Source: Macrostomum lignano
Taxonomy: Eukaryota
Direction: 5' to 3'
Assembly: GCA_002269645.1 (NCBI GenBank)
Contig: NIVC01001096.1
Location: 124,001 to 188,000 of the forward strand
DNA length: 64,000 bases
Below are positions 36,301-63,324 of the stretch, in pieces. The position numbers and the translations under genes are program-made. Below the pieces are notes generated by a model, which was not told the origin of the DNA, ran no database searches, and was given only the letters and a program-made list of their open reading frames with translations. Position 1 is the stretch's first letter; each line of letters begins with the position of its first letter.

Positions 36301-39300
36301 TCAGATCCTCAGGTGCTGGGCCAGCCTCTCAGATCCTCAGTTGCTGGGCCAGCCTCTCAGATCCTCAGTTGCTGGGCCAGCCTCCCAGATCCTCAGTTGC
36401 TCGGCCAGCCGCCCAGATCCTCAGTTGCTGGGCCAGCCTCCCAGATCCTCAGTTGCTGGGCCAGCCTCCCAGATCCTCAGTTGCTGGGCCAGCCTCCCAG
36501 ATCCTCAGTTGCTGGGCCAGCCTCCCAGATCCTCAGTTGCCGGGCCAGCCTCCCAGATCCTCAGTTGCTGGGCCAGCCTCCCAGATCCTCAGTTGCTGGG
36601 CCAGCCTCCCAGATCCCCAGTTGCTGACCCAGCCTCCCAGATCCTCAGTTGCTGGGCCAGCCTCCCAGGTCCTCAGTTGCCGGGCCAGCCTCCCAGATCC
36701 TCAGTTGCCGGGCCAGCCTCCCAGATCCTCAGTTGCCGGGCGGTACTCACCGATCAGCCACAGCGGCCTCCAGCTCCCGCCGCAGCTGGGCCACCTCCTC
36801 GCCAGTTTCGTTCGCGCGCTTTGCCAGCTCGGCTTCAAGCGCGGCGCCGCGCGCCTCCGCCTCGGACAGGGCGGCGCTCAGTTGGCGCAGCTCCTCGGTC
36901 ATTGCGCCGGACTCGGCAGCGTGGGCGGCCTCCCGCTGAGCCAGCTGTTCGGCCAGCGCCGCTTCTCGAGAGGCACCTTCGGCGCGCAAATTCTCGTGCG
37001 CTTCAACGAGCTCGGCGTACCTGACAGATGCGAGGCATGTGACAGGTGATGGATCTGACAGGTGATGGATCTGACAGGTGATGGATCTGACAGGCGATGG
37101 ATCTGACAGTTGATGGATCTGACAGGTTAGATGGATCTGACAGGTTAGATGGATCTGACAGGTTAGATGGATCTGACAGGTTAGATGAATCTGACAGGTT
37201 AGATGGATCTGACAGGTTAGATGGATCTGACAGGTGATGGATCTGACAGGTTTTGGATCTGACAGGTGATGGATCTGACAGGTGATGGATCTGACAGGTG
37301 ATGGATCTGACAGGTGATGGATCTGACAGGTGATGGATCTGACAGGTTCTGGATCTGACAGGTGATGGATCTGACAGGTGATGGATCTGACAGGTTTTTG
37401 ATCTGACAGGTGATGGATCTGACAGGTGATGGATCTGACAGGTTTTTGATCTGACAGGTTAGATGAATCTGACAGGTTAGATGGATCTGACAGGTGATGG
37501 ATGACAGGTTTTTGATCTGACAGGTTAGATGGATCTGACAGGTTAGATGGATCTGACAGGTTAGATGGATCTGAAAGGTTAGATGAATCTGACAGGTTAG
37601 ATGAATCTGACAGGTGATGGATCTGACAGGTGATGGATCTGACAGGTTTTGGATCTGACAGGTGATGGATCTGACAGGTGATGGATCTGACAGGTGATGG
37701 ATCTGACAGGTGATGGATCTGACAGGTTTTGGATCTGACAGGTGATGGATCTGACAGGTGATGGATCTGACAGATTTTGATCTGACAGGTTAGATGAATC
37801 TGACAGGTTAGATGAATCTGACAGGTGATGGATCTGACAGGTGATGGATCTGACAGGTGATGGATCTGACAGGTTTTGGATCTGACAGGTGATGGATCTG
37901 ACAGTTGATGGATCTGACAGGTTTTGGATCTGACAGGTGATTCATCTGACAGGTGATGGATCTGACAGGTGATGGATCTGACAGGTTATGGATCTGACAG
38001 GTTAGATGGATCTGACAGGTTAGATGGATCTGACAGGTTAGATGGATCTGACAGGTTAGATGAATCTGACAGGTTAGATGGATCTGACAGGTCAGATGGA
38101 TCTGACAGGTTAGATGGATCTGACAGGTTAGATGAATCTGACAGGTTAGATGAATCTGACAGGTTATGGACCTGACAGGTTAGATGGATCTGACAGTTGA
38201 TTCATCTGACAGGTTATGGACCTGACAAGTGAAGGATCTGACAGGTTTTGGATTTGACAGGTTAGATGGATCTGACAGGTTAGAAATTTGAGACTGGCAC
38301 TAACTCAAAGATCTGACAACAGAGACAACCAGAGCCACCCTCACCGATCCTGCACAGTGCTGAGCTCCGCAATCTGGCGTCTGGCATCCGACAGTGCAGT
38401 CTTCAATTCGCCAACCTCTGCTTGACTTTGCATGGCGCTCAACTCGGCCGCTTCCAATTTGGCGCGCAGATTGGCCAAATCGGCGCGCAACCCTGCGCTC
38501 TCTTCGGCTAGCGCGGCCAGCTGAGCGCGCGCCTCGTCGCGTTCTGCCAACGCGGCGGTTAGCGCCGCTTCCTGTTGCGCCAAATTATCGCGCGCTAGCG
38601 CCAATTCGTTAGCTAAATCGGCGCGCAACGATTCGGCGTGAGCCAATTCGGCTGCGCGCGCTGTCAGGTCGGCGCGCATCTTAGAGAAATTCTCTTGAAC
38701 CCAGCCCATGTTGTCGCGCAATTCGTTAATTCGCGCGTCCAATGCGCGCTTCTCCTCTCGACTAGCGGCTAACTGGACCTCAGCTTCGGCCAGCTCAGCT
38801 TGAGCAGTTTCTAATTCGGCGCCACGCGCGGCGCCGTCAAAGCGCGCCGAATCTAATTGGCGCGCAGATTCGGCTAGTTCAGCTCGAGCCGCCTCCAATT
38901 CAACAGCTGCCGCGGCCGCCTGACCATCCAGATGGGCGACTCGGGCGCCGAGAGTGGCGCGCTCTGTCTCGGCGGCCTCGAGAGCGGCCTCGCGCTCAGC
39001 CAGTGCGGCAGCTTGACGTTCGGCTTCCAGTTCGGCTTCGCGCAGAGCGTCGGCCAGCTTGTCGAAAGCCTGCCGCTCCCTGGCCAGCTGGTCGGTCTTG
39101 AAGTCCAGAGCCTCCTGCAGAGCGGCCCGCTCGGTCATGGAGGCCTCTAGCAGGGCCTCGCGTTCAACAATCTCGGCTTTGATGCGCTCCAATTTATCCA
39201 GCCAATACTGCCGCTCCGACAGCATCTGGGCCTCCAGTTCGGCCAGACGAACCCGAAGATGATCGCTCTCGCCGCCCATCTGCTCAGCCTGAGCAGCCAG

Positions 39301-42300
39301 TACAGTCTGCAGCCGGGACAGCTCATCCTGCATTGTCTGCCTGGCATCTTGAGCCGCTCGCAGCTGCTCAGCGTAAAACTCTTTGGCTCGGCGCAATGCC
39401 GCCGCCTCGGCTGCCAAATCTCGGCTGGAAGCTTCGCTGGCTTCGCGTGCCTGACGTCCGGATTCGAGGTCAACGTACAGCTCGGCTAGGCGGGACTTCA
39501 GCGATTGCACCGTCTCTTGGCGGGCATCCAGGCAGTCCTGGAAGGGATTGACAAATACGGATGGATAGAGCGACATGATTCTAGACAGGGTGACATGATT
39601 CTAGAAAGAGCGACATGATTTTAGACAGAGTGACATGACATTAGACAGACCGACATAACATTAGACAGACCCACATAACATTAGACAGACCAACATGACA
39701 TTAGACAGACCAACATGACATTAGACAGACCAACATGACATTAGACAGACCGACATAACATTAGACAGACCCACATAACATTAGACAGACCAACATAACA
39801 TTAGACAGACCCACATAACATTAGACAGACCGATATGACATTAGACAGACCGACAGAGCATTAGACAGATCGATATTACATTAGACAGACCGACATGACA
39901 TTAGACAGACCAACATGACATTAGACAGACCCACATAACATTAGACAGACCGACATGACATTAGACAGACCGACATAACATTAGACAGACCCACATAACA
40001 TTAGACAGACCGACATGACATTAGACAGACCAACATGACATTAGACAGACCGACAGAGCATTAGACAGATCGACATTACATTAGACAGACCGACATGACA
40101 TTAGACAGACCAACATGACATTAGACAGACCCACATAACATTAGACAGACCGACATGACATTAGACAGACCGACATAACATTAGACAGACCCACATAACA
40201 TTAGACAGACCGACATGACATTAGACAGACCGACATGACATTAGACAGACCAACATGACATTAGACAGACCAACATGACATTAGACAGACCGACATGACA
40301 TTAGACAGACCGACATGACATTAGACAGACCGACAGAGCATTAGAGAGATCGACATTACATTAGACAGAGTGACGTGACATTAGACAGAGCGACATGACA
40401 TTAGACAGAGTGACATGACATTAGACAGAGTGACATGACATTAGACAGAGCGACATGATTTTAGACAGAGCGACATGATTTTAGACGTAGTGACGTGATA
40501 TTAGATTGAGCAACACGATTTTAGACAGAGCGACATGATTTTAGACGTAGTGACGTGATATTAGATTGAGCAACACGATTTTAGACAGAGTGACATGGTT
40601 TTAGATATTTTTATTAACCTCATTTTAGTTATTAGTGAGAACATTTTAGAGACAGTGACATGATTCTACACGGATTGACATGATTTGAGATAATAGTGGC
40701 ATTGTTTTAGACAAATTGACATACAATAGTAGACATGACTTATGGACAAATTTCCAAGCACATGATTCAAAAGACAGAGTGACATGAGCTGGGGACAAGC
40801 GGTCGAACTCACCTGCAGTCCAACAACCTGCTGTCTGAGATCGGCGCTAGCCCGATTAGCGGCCTCCAATTCGGCGCTAAGCGCCCGCGCCTCAGCGGCG
40901 CGATCCTCCAGCGCCAGTCTCAGTCGGGCCCGCTCGGTCTGTGCGGCGTCCAGCTCGCGGCGAGTCTCCGGACCGCCCGCGGCGAGGCTGCGCAGCCGCT
41001 CGCATTCGGCTGCCAGTTCGGCCCGCTGACGGAGTGCCGTCTCCGCTTCGGCTGACAGAACCTCCAACTGGCCGAGCAGCTTGGCCCGTTCCAGACTCTC
41101 GGCTTCATCGTCGAAGTCGGATACGCCGGCTGTTGACTCCATATAGAGCGATTGGTCTTGGGGACGGGTTAATTGTGCGATTAATTACAGTGAATTTAGG
41201 GCAGCGATAATTAACGATAATTAGTTAACAAAAGCAACGATAATTATCGATAACTAGTGAACAAAAGCAGCTATAGCTATCGATAATTAGTTAACAAAAG
41301 CAACGCTAATTATCGGCGAATAGTGAATAAAAAAGCTGCGATAATTATAGTAAATAAAAAGCAGCGATATTCATCAATAGCTAGTGAACAAAAGCAACGA
41401 TATTTATCGATAATTGGTACATTAATAAAACTGGTAATTATCTATGATTGGTGAATAAAAAGCAGCGAAGTTTATCGATAATTAGTGAACAGAAGCAGCT
41501 ATAGTCATCGATAATTAGTTGACCAAAGCAGCGATAATTATCGGCAATTAGTGAATAAAAAAGCGGCGATAATTATCGATAATTATAGTAAACAAAAAGC
41601 AGCGATATTCAATGAATATAAAGATCCGATAACTATGGATAATTAGTAAATTAATGAAACTGGAAATTATCGAGGATTAGTGAATAAAAAGCTGCGATAA
41701 TTATCGATAACTAGTCAACAAAAGCTGCTATAGTTATCGATAATTAGTTAACAAAAGCAACGATAATTATCGGCAATTAGTGAATAAAAAGCGGCGATAA
41801 TTATCGATAATTATAGTAAACAAAAAGCAGCGATATTCAATGAATATAAAGATCCGATAACTATGGATAATTAGTAAATTAATGAAACTGGAAATTATCG
41901 AGGATTAGTGAATAAAAAGCTGCGATAATTATCGATAACTAGTCAACAAAAGCTGCTATAGTTATCGATAATTAGTTAACAAAAGCAACGATAATTATCG
42001 GCAATTAGTGAATAAAAAGCGGTGATAATTATCGATAATTAATAATTATAGTAAAAAAAGCAGCTATAATTATCCATAATTGGTGGAAAAAAAGATGCGA
42101 TAAATATCGATAATTAGTAAGTTAATTAAAGACACCGATAATTATTGTACAAAAATTAGACAATTATCGATAACTTTTAGAAGTAAAACTATTGAATAAT
42201 TAGTGGAGCAGCGGTAAACCACAATAGAACTCACCATCTCCCATAGTTGCAGCCTTCTTACTATCGGCATCTGCAGCTTCCTGCTCCTCTTCCTGACCAA

Positions 42301-43102
42301 CAGCTTCCTCCACCCTCAGCCCGTCCAATCCCGGATCTCGAGTCGGCGGCGACTGGGTGCCTCTGGCCGACGACAAGCCTTCGACACCGCCGCCGGCACC
42401 CGCTCCTCCTCCGCCTCCTCCGGAAGGCAACGAACGCTGCAACTGGCCCAAACTGAGCACAATTGGCACGGGATGATACTCGAATGTCATATCCGGGATG
42501 CCGGAATCGCGAGACACTCTCGACACTCCAGACGCTTGAGACAGTCGACTGCTGCCGCCCGGCGGTCTCGGCGGCGACCGGTGGACGCCGACTTCGCGCC
42601 ACAGGGCGCCACCACCGACAGCGCCTCCTGGCGGGTTGTTGACATCGTCTTCTTCAACTTCAGCGCGCGCTGCTGCAGGTCTCTGTTGTTGTTGTTGCTG
42701 CTGCTGCTGCTGCGACTGAGGCTGCTGCAGAATTGCTGAACCCTCTAATAAATTTACGTATTTAATTTCATGTAGAAAGTGAACTGAAGACAAGTGTATC
42801 TTGCTCAAGGACACAAATTGCTCTAGTGGAATCAGGAATCGAACTCCCGACCTTCAAGTCGTGAGTCCGATGCTCTAACGAGAAGGCTACAACTCTAGGG
42901 ATTACAAACTGGGGTTTTGAACAGAGCTTGGCCTACAACCTGGAGTTAATTTGTTTAGATAAGATAATTAATTTAGACTCTTACCTGTCTCATCAGAATT
43001 AGATGCAGATTGCACATCAGAACTGATTGGCTCCTTCTGCTTCTGTTTAGTCTTTGAATCATCAATGCTTGATGGCTTTGATTGCTGCTTGCGGGATGAC
43101 AT
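30342..43102 (-). CDS. GOLGA3: Golgin-160-like long coiled-coil protein, 8 exons, ~1209 aa
   Basis: Exons 43102-42985, 42744-42235, 41129-40813, 39537-38345, 37020-36751, 33112-32654, 31942-31304, 30465-30342. Phases 1/1/0/2/2/2/2, total 3630 nt. Heptad-rich E/A/L/R/Q body. The C-terminal [37 protein letters not shown] resembles my recollection of the GOLGA3 tail (PLKNLNSCLQQLKQEMDSLQRQMEEHALTVHESLSSW). The gene structure is better supported than the name. Confidence 0.8.
30495..31195. repeat. 23-bp minisatellite with two sequential variants (CTCACCCTCCTGTGCCTGTTCAT, then CTCACCCTCCATTGCCTGTTTAT), GOLGA3 intron 7
   Basis: Period of 23; the variant switches near 30965-31030. Confidence 0.95.
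31995..32647. repeat. 20-bp minisatellite GGGATCAGAATGACACC(G/A)AG, GOLGA3 intron 6
   Basis: Period of 20. The intron spans 31943-32653. Confidence 0.95.
33165..36738 (+). repeat. 28-bp minisatellite array 2 (~3.6 kb), GOLGA3 intron 5
   Basis: Same unit as 21905-22300. The intron spans 33113-36750. Confidence 0.97.
37037..38285. repeat. 16/18-bp minisatellite (TA)GATGGATCTGACAGGT, GOLGA3 intron 4
   Basis: Read directly. The intron spans 37021-38344. Confidence 0.95.
39570..40600. repeat. 20-bp minisatellite TTAGACAGACCGACATGACA, GOLGA3 intron 3
   Basis: Period of 20, with degenerate ..GAGTGACATGA variants at both edges. Confidence 0.95.
41200..42175. repeat. Degenerate AT-rich ~33-bp satellite with ATTATCGATAAT palindromes, GOLGA3 intron 2
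   Basis: Recurring GATAATTATCGATAATTAGTGAA.AAAAGC motif, plus a ~228-bp block duplicated. Confidence 0.85.
42781..42890 (-). mobile_element. SINE family A, 5' fragment
   Basis: On the minus strand: tRNA-like head with B box GAGTTCGATTCC followed by GTGTCCTTGAGCAAG. Confidence 0.8.
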
Positions 43103-43405
43103 TGCAGCTGAGCTAAAAGTGGAAATACATGTTTGAACTTTTTGAATAAATCGTCATTTAATTTTGAGTAATAGTGTTGTATAGATATTTCATAAGAAAA
43201 CATTTATAAATTTCAAACTATAGAAACTATAACTAATCAGTAAAATTGATCTAATTTACTATTTCATAAGCATAGAAATACATATTTTCTAAATAAACAT
43301 CTAGTATATTTTATACAACATCTGTACATCTAGTGTGTTTATTATAGTATTACTATTGTTAATAAACTATGAAACAGTTATTTTATTGTCAACGTTCATT
43401 GAAAA

Positions 43406-45077
43406 CAGTGTTGGGTACCGTTAATGAAAATCTTAACTTCCATTAATAGCAAAAGTGTTAGCGTTAAAACAAAAAAATCTTAACTTTTTAACTCATAATT
43501 TTGTTAAGTTAACTGAAAGTTAACTGATAATCGTTAATAAGCGTTAATCCGTTAAAGTTAACACAGAAAATATGGAAATCTTGCACGTTTTTTCCAAAAC
43601 AGACTTCGTAATGCACGTCTTTGCTATTCCATCTTTTTAGCGAAACACAGAGGTCATCTAAGCGATTTGAAAGCTAAAAAAGTAATAAATAATCATTTTA
43701 AAAACTTGCATGCATAATACTACTAAAAGTAAAGCATATGGTAAAAAAGTAACTTATTTTATTTGAAACTTAAAAGCTAATAACGAGAAATTCATAATTA
43801 AATACGCATAGGAAGGTTGTTTCAGTACCATTAGCAGGCGCAGGCTCATTCCATATAAGATGGACATATTTGGAAAATAGAAAAAAGTCCATATTTTTGC
43901 TTGCCATTGCCTAATTAGCCTATTTTTTTACCAAATGTTTATATTGTGCAATATATACAATCTAAGAATAAAGGAATGGTAAAATGTTGGATTAGTATGT
44001 TATCAATTGGCAAAAAGTCATTTTTGTAAAAATTTGGACATTTTTCGAAGCAAAAGACATCATTAAGATTTTGTACCTTTTAAAAACAAATAGAAAGCTT
44101 TTGAAGGTTGAAACAAACTATAGATAAAAGTATAGTACTTGCATCATCAGATAAAAGCATTGGTGACCAAATAATCTATTATATTTTTAATGTATTAGTA
44201 CCTCAAAGTTACTGAATTGACAGAAAAAAATATGTTACGACCATAATGTTACGACCATAAGGCTGCCTTTTCTTTTGTATCTTTGTTGCCTTTTGAGTTT
44301 ATATATTCTAATAAAAGAGTATGATTTCTAAAGATGTTCTTAGTCAAATTTTAAAAATGTATTGCAAAATATCAAAAATGAAAAATGTTATAAGACTTTT
44401 ACCTTTTAGTTTCTATATGTCAAAAATCCTGTCGTTACGACCATAAGTGTCATTTAAGGTTTAATAGCATCTATACTAATGATGATATCTATATGAAACT
44501 CTATAAATATATTCTAGACAAAATAATCTTTCATTTAAAATATTGGTTTAGTATATTCTATTATTAGATTTCATTTTATAAGTAAAAATAACCTGTCATG
44601 TTACGACCATGCTTATATGGAATGAGCCCGCAGCAGAAAGTTCAGAAAAATTGGGACAGAAGTGAATCAAAGCGATCGATGCTCACGCGCAAGAAATAAA
44701 GTTTCTCACTATTTTAATTCATTATTTTAAAGTTTATTTGTAAGAAGTTGTTAATTACATGTACATCTGTATGATCATTGTCATAAATAGAGAGATTATA
44801 TTTAGACATATAGGTAAGCTCAAATACATTTGTAATGTTTAAACTTCTTGTAAGACTTCTATTTTTTGTTCCTTCTTTGCGTCTTTGGTCATTGACATCG
44901 ACACTACCGTTAATGATGAAATTTATCGTTAATTCACAAAATTTTTAACGCAAATTCGTTAATCCGTTAGTTCAAAAAAATCTTAACGACAGTCCATTAA
45001 CGTTAAAGAAAAATCTTAACGCTTATTAATGCTTATTAACGGATTAACGCTTATTAACGGACTGGTGCCCAACACTG
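43406..45077. mobile_element. Non-autonomous hAT-type DNA transposon
   Basis: TIR CAGTGTTGGG..CCCAACACTG (13/14 match). Perfect 8-bp TSD ATTGAAAA at 43398-43405 and 45078-45085. Many subterminal CGTTAA/TTAAC motifs, no ORF. Confidence 0.92.
43843..44628. mobile_element. MITE nested in the hAT element; superfamily unassigned
   Basis: Perfect 17-bp TIR GGCTCATTCCATATAAG. 4-bp TSD CGCA at 43839-43842 and 44629-44632. Internal GTTACGACCAT motif occurs 4 times. Confidence 0.88.
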
Positions 45078-48000
45078 ATTGAAAACAATATTGCTATAAC
45101 AACAAAACACAAATGAAAAAATTGAATTGTATAATAAGCATAAGCTTTTTTTACTTTTTTATTTTTATTTGTTAAACTATGTTCATAATACAAGTATAAA
45201 GCAAAAACTTTTATATTTCTTTAAGATAAATAAAGCATAATTGGTTTTCAAAGCCTTAAGACAATTTTTCTGATGAAACATTTTTATAGTTACTATAGCT
45301 ATATATTTTATCATCACTTTTAATAGATAAGATAAGAGCATGATAAGGTAAGACAAGGGTTTTAACTTTTGGTAAGATTTTGGGACCCTATCTTTAGTTC
45401 TTTTAGGCCTAGTATACATATAATATAGGCTCTATAGCATGTTTACTAAAGGGTGATAAATAAAGATTTAGGTTGAATTGATGACTTTACAAACTAAAAA
45501 TTTAGAATTTCAATGAAAAAGGTATTTTTTGTTTTTCCTTACTTGGCCTTGCCCAATACATGCTATATACATGTAGAAGCTGTACTTTACTGCTTGCTCA
45601 ATGCATGCTATATGCATTAACATTGTAACATGCCTAGGCTATATCTCTTTACTTTTTGCAACTTTTTGTATAGGCAGTGCAGCCCCTTTGATAGCTAATA
45701 TAGCAGCTTAGTAGCCAGCTTAATAGCTACTTCTATTGGGGTGCCACCAAATTTGTCAACTTTATTGATAAATTGGGTTACCTAACTATGTCTATATGTT
45801 GTTGACTATTGTTTATTATTTATTATATACTAAAAATTAAAATACAGAGCCTATTAAGAAGATATATATATATGTTTAATTTAGGATAATAAAGGCATAT
45901 GCCCTATGGCCTATGGTTTATATTTGGTATTTACTTTTTATAAGCTAGCTTGCAAATTTTAAATTCACTGAATTTCAATCATTGAAAATATTTGTGTGCA
46001 TGCATTTTGAAATCTAAAATCATACCAAAATAGCCATTCTGTTTCTTATATACAATGACCATATAAATAACAGCTTTGCTATTTATATGGTTACAATCTT
46101 ATGCAAGCATATTAGTTTTAGGCATTCACCATAAAAATAACCATTTCACTATTTATACGGTTACTATAACAATAACAACTGCCTACAAAAAATGCCATTT
46201 TGACACAATGTCTTGTCAGCTTGACAGCTCTATTGTCATGTCATGTATGTATGCTGGGATATACCCTGAAAAAGGGTAAGACCCTTGTTGTATGCTAGAA
46301 AATCCCGGTGTACATGTTCTCTTCCAATTTATGGGCTAGTTCCAACTTCACTAGAAATACTAATAATAAGTTAAAATTCTATAAGCTAGGCCTATGGATT
46401 CCATGTCAGTCAGGCTCATGGATACTAAAATAACCAGATGGGCCATTCAGGCATATATAATTAGGCCTAGTAAAACAGCTTTCCACTTTCAGTTCACCGA
46501 ACTACTTGCTGTCTGTCACCAAATAATAGCTTGCACCTCATCATAGACCTATCTGGGGTAATAGTAGTAGGCCTAGTAACATTGTTATATCAATATAAGG
46601 CTCGAAGTTTCAACAGTCCAGCCTCCAACAACTTTATGCAGAACATGGTGATACTTCTAATGTAAGTATAATTTAATTACGACACACAGGTTATAGGCCC
46701 TCCCTAGCTAATGTTAAAATAAAAATAAATCTAACAGTCTAACACTAACAGTAACACTACGCTATAGTCATAATTAAATATATATATATATATTTAGCCA
46801 TCATATTATACTGAGGCCTACGCATAGAAATGCTAGATATATCAGTTCGTACGCACTACTAAGAACTTAGTACTTAGTAACTGATCCGGCCCAAAACAAT
46901 ATCGAAAAATATGCAAACGGTCACACGGTCACAGTGAATACAGACAGTCTGACATGATCTAGTTTAAAAATCATGAGTGATACATTCCAAGAAACATTCT
47001 TTTGTTACAATAAAAATTCATTAATTTTACATAATTTAAATAATATATTTTTTCAAAAAACCTTTTCGAAAAAATTATGCGAAATAGAGTGCGGCTTTTA
47101 GCTTATTTGAAAATCGAAAATCTGTTTTACTGAATCACGGCTCGAAAATTAAAAGACTTTTTAATTATCGTCTGGCCAGCATGGATCGGCGATCGCACAA
47201 TTTTTAAAATAAAGTTAAAAAACCACCTTTATTCATCTTCTACATCTATTTATGCAAAAGTATACCAGGGACAACTAAAACACAATGTTTTAGAAAATTG
47301 CTTATGTTTTAGAATGTTTTAACACAATGTTTTAGTTGTCTGAGCATTATGTCTAACAAAAATTGCGAATTATTAATCTTTATATTTCCCCCAAAGTTAG
47401 TATCGAAGGCTATTTAAGTCTGTTCCTGATGTCTACGTGTTGGCTCAAGGATAATATCGTTGCTTACTTAGAATATACTGTACTTTAACTGCTACTTCAA
47501 AACTATTTGACGTCGCTTAAACTCTAGAATGCACATTTCCATCTCCGTAAAGAAAACGCATATATTTCTCAGTCTCGGGTGTCCTGGGAGGGCATGATCT
47601 GCATTTTGAAGCATTGTATGTACATGTAACAGTACAACACGTAAATTTATGCGTACATAACATTGCATGTACTCCGATCTTACGTGCAAATTAAATGCAC
47701 ACTTGCGATGTACGCCACTAATCGAATGGAAACTATTTGAAGGAAATTTCGCGCCCCATTCACCACAGAGCCCCCGGGTCTTGCTGCTTGCAGATGTTCA
47801 TATAGGTACTCGCATCAATAATACAGTAATTAATGCAGTAAAATATAACTGCATCTTTTATTTAATGACTGAGTCGTTTATTTTTAGTAGAGAAGCGAAC
47901 GCAAAATTTCACCCACACTTTTCTGAGGGAGAACAAAAGAGAAAAAAGTACGCCAAATCTGACCACAATTGGATTTGACTATTCAAATACTCAGGTACAT

Positions 48001-48393
48001 ACCCCACTGTACGAATTATGACGATAAAAATTAGGGTGCACTGCTCATTACGACGGTTTGAAAACACACCGTCATGAGTCTGTCGGTAATAAAACTCTAG
48101 CTTTATTGTCGCGAAGGAGCAATAGAAAAATGGCTGCAGAGTTACTAGCTACTTGACGCCAAATAAAAAATACGGTCTCGCAGTTTGGCGTCGTTAGCAT
48201 TTATACGCTCGTTTCTTCAACTTTTTTTCGAAATGCTTTGGTTTTTTAGAGTCAGTATAGAAGTCTATTTGTACTTATCTATCGTCCTACAGCATTTGTC
48301 ACAGTGCCTCCATAGCAATTAGCACTCGACACAGCATCTGAAGCAGACAGACAAGAGTAAGAGAATCTAACACAGATGGGATTAAAGTAGCTG

Positions 48394-48757
<364 letters not shown>

Positions 48758-49613
48758 GGACGGACTCACAGACAATAGCTGACATTTTCTCCGCCCATAT
48801 CTGGATATCAAAGCTGGTTAAAATCATACGCGGACAGAATTTCAAGTCATGCAAAGGCTTATATTTAATTCACTCAAGTTAGACAAATGTCAGTTTTGTG
48901 CATTCAATGAACTATAATTACGCAGTATCATGTCAAACGGACACAGTCGTATTGCAGCTAAATACACATTATATGATTTAGTATTTCACATGGCTAAATT
49001 TCATTAAATTCGTGTAGCATGATTTTTTTAAAGCAAATTTTCGATTGAACCATCCTACAAGAGTCCTTTTTGATGTGAGCATCTGAGCGCTATATATGCG
49101 TATACGTGACTAAAGCTGTTTATGCCGATAGCTACCACAATAGGCAGAGATGGACAGAAAATGCATTGAGAAAGAGAGAGAGAGGCAGTTTACACAATAG
49201 GAGGGGGCCACGGCCTGCTCGCGGCTTGGCAACTCCTCCCTCAAAATCTTTTCTTCTTTTTTGGCCTGGCTTTTTTCCGCAGTTTTGTGCCGTTTCTTTG
49301 CCCTGACCTGCCCCCCCCCAACTCGCCTCCTCTGTCCTGTCTTCTTCTCGGCAAAGACTGCGCCCAATATATGAAACTCAATTTTGGCCAATTCAATTCA
49401 AATTTAATTTTTCATTGCCTCCACTGCATCTCTTTGCCGAGGGCCAACCACCCACACCGTGGCTGGCGCTTCAACTACGAGTAGGATAACATTCAAGTGG
49501 TCAGAGACCTCTCTCAGATATATAAAAGTTTTTTTAGCAAGGCGAGCATCTGCCAGAGTGAAAGAATTTGGTGCTGCTTCTGCTGTTGCAAAAACAATTG
49601 GCTCAGCTAAGTC

Positions 49614-62159
<12,546 letters not shown>

Positions 62160-63324
62160 GCATGCACTTATAGTAACTGGATTGGACATCTAACCTTGCA
62201 TACTACTAATAGTAAAGCTTGGTTCCTACCTCTGAATTAACTAATCATGCCGACATTGAAATGATAACCAAAAACAATATTCACAAGGCTATACCTGTGT
62301 GTTTATCGTGCTCATTTCATCCAATAAGTTTATTTAAAAGCAGCCAACAAATTTTGTTTTAATTAAGTCACTTGTTTTTATTCATTAATTACAATAATTA
62401 CGACCAAAGTTTGCATAAACCTTTTATAGAATAACTATAAAATATAATTGTATAATACTTTGTAAGAAAAGATATGAAAAGCAGGAAAATATAAAATATT
62501 ATAGATAAAAATACTAGAATAAATAAATTTTAGAGAAAATATTTCTTTATTTTTTGCACTAAATAGCTATAAGGTTTATACAATCTTTGATTCTTACTAA
62601 AGTTTTAGTCCGCAAAAAAATTTAAATATCAAATCAGGGTTGTACAGGACAGAATAAAAATAGAAAAACCTACTTGTAAGCTGTTTTGTTATTTCTAATT
62701 GACGATTTAAAAAGTAAAACAAAATAAACCGTTTCCTTTATCATTACTCGCGCACTGGTGTAATGGACCGTTTAAGTGCTTATTTTTGCGCTATGCAAAA
62801 AGTGAAGTAATTGTTGCTAAAAATAAACAATTTCTCTGAGACAATTTCCGTAGACAATAATTTTGTTTCACTTTTTTCTCGACAAGAAGCTCAATAAGTA
62901 CTTATCCTGCAGGTGGGAAGTAGTGATTTCACTCAGTGCTAAAAGAACCGAAAACTTCCAATCTCGCGAATTATTTTTCGATCTCTGTTTTAGAATGATT
63001 AATTGTCCACAAGTTTTGCGCATAAATTGATCAGCGCGGTATAAGAAATTTTGGAGCATTAGATAAACATTTGATTCTGTCCACTTAAAGCGCATCATTC
63101 CTTGGCTAATCAATACAAGGGATCTGAACCAATCCTACATTTGATTTGAGCAATTTTGCTCGCATTTGTAGGCTGTAACTAATAAGTGTAAATTTGTCTT
63201 TAGTTTATCTTGTACAACCCAGACGAGACGGTCAAACATTAAAATTTTTAGTCTTCATTTTAAAAACTGTCGCATGGATCAAGCCTACTGGCAATGTTTC
63301 TAATTGCTACACGCAGATAACGAT

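Noticed and set aside
33199-37049. Long ORFs up to 516 aa ([28 protein letters not shown] repeats)
   Set aside because: They result from a stop-free 28-bp unit read in all three plus frames, inside a minus-strand intron bounded by good splice sites.
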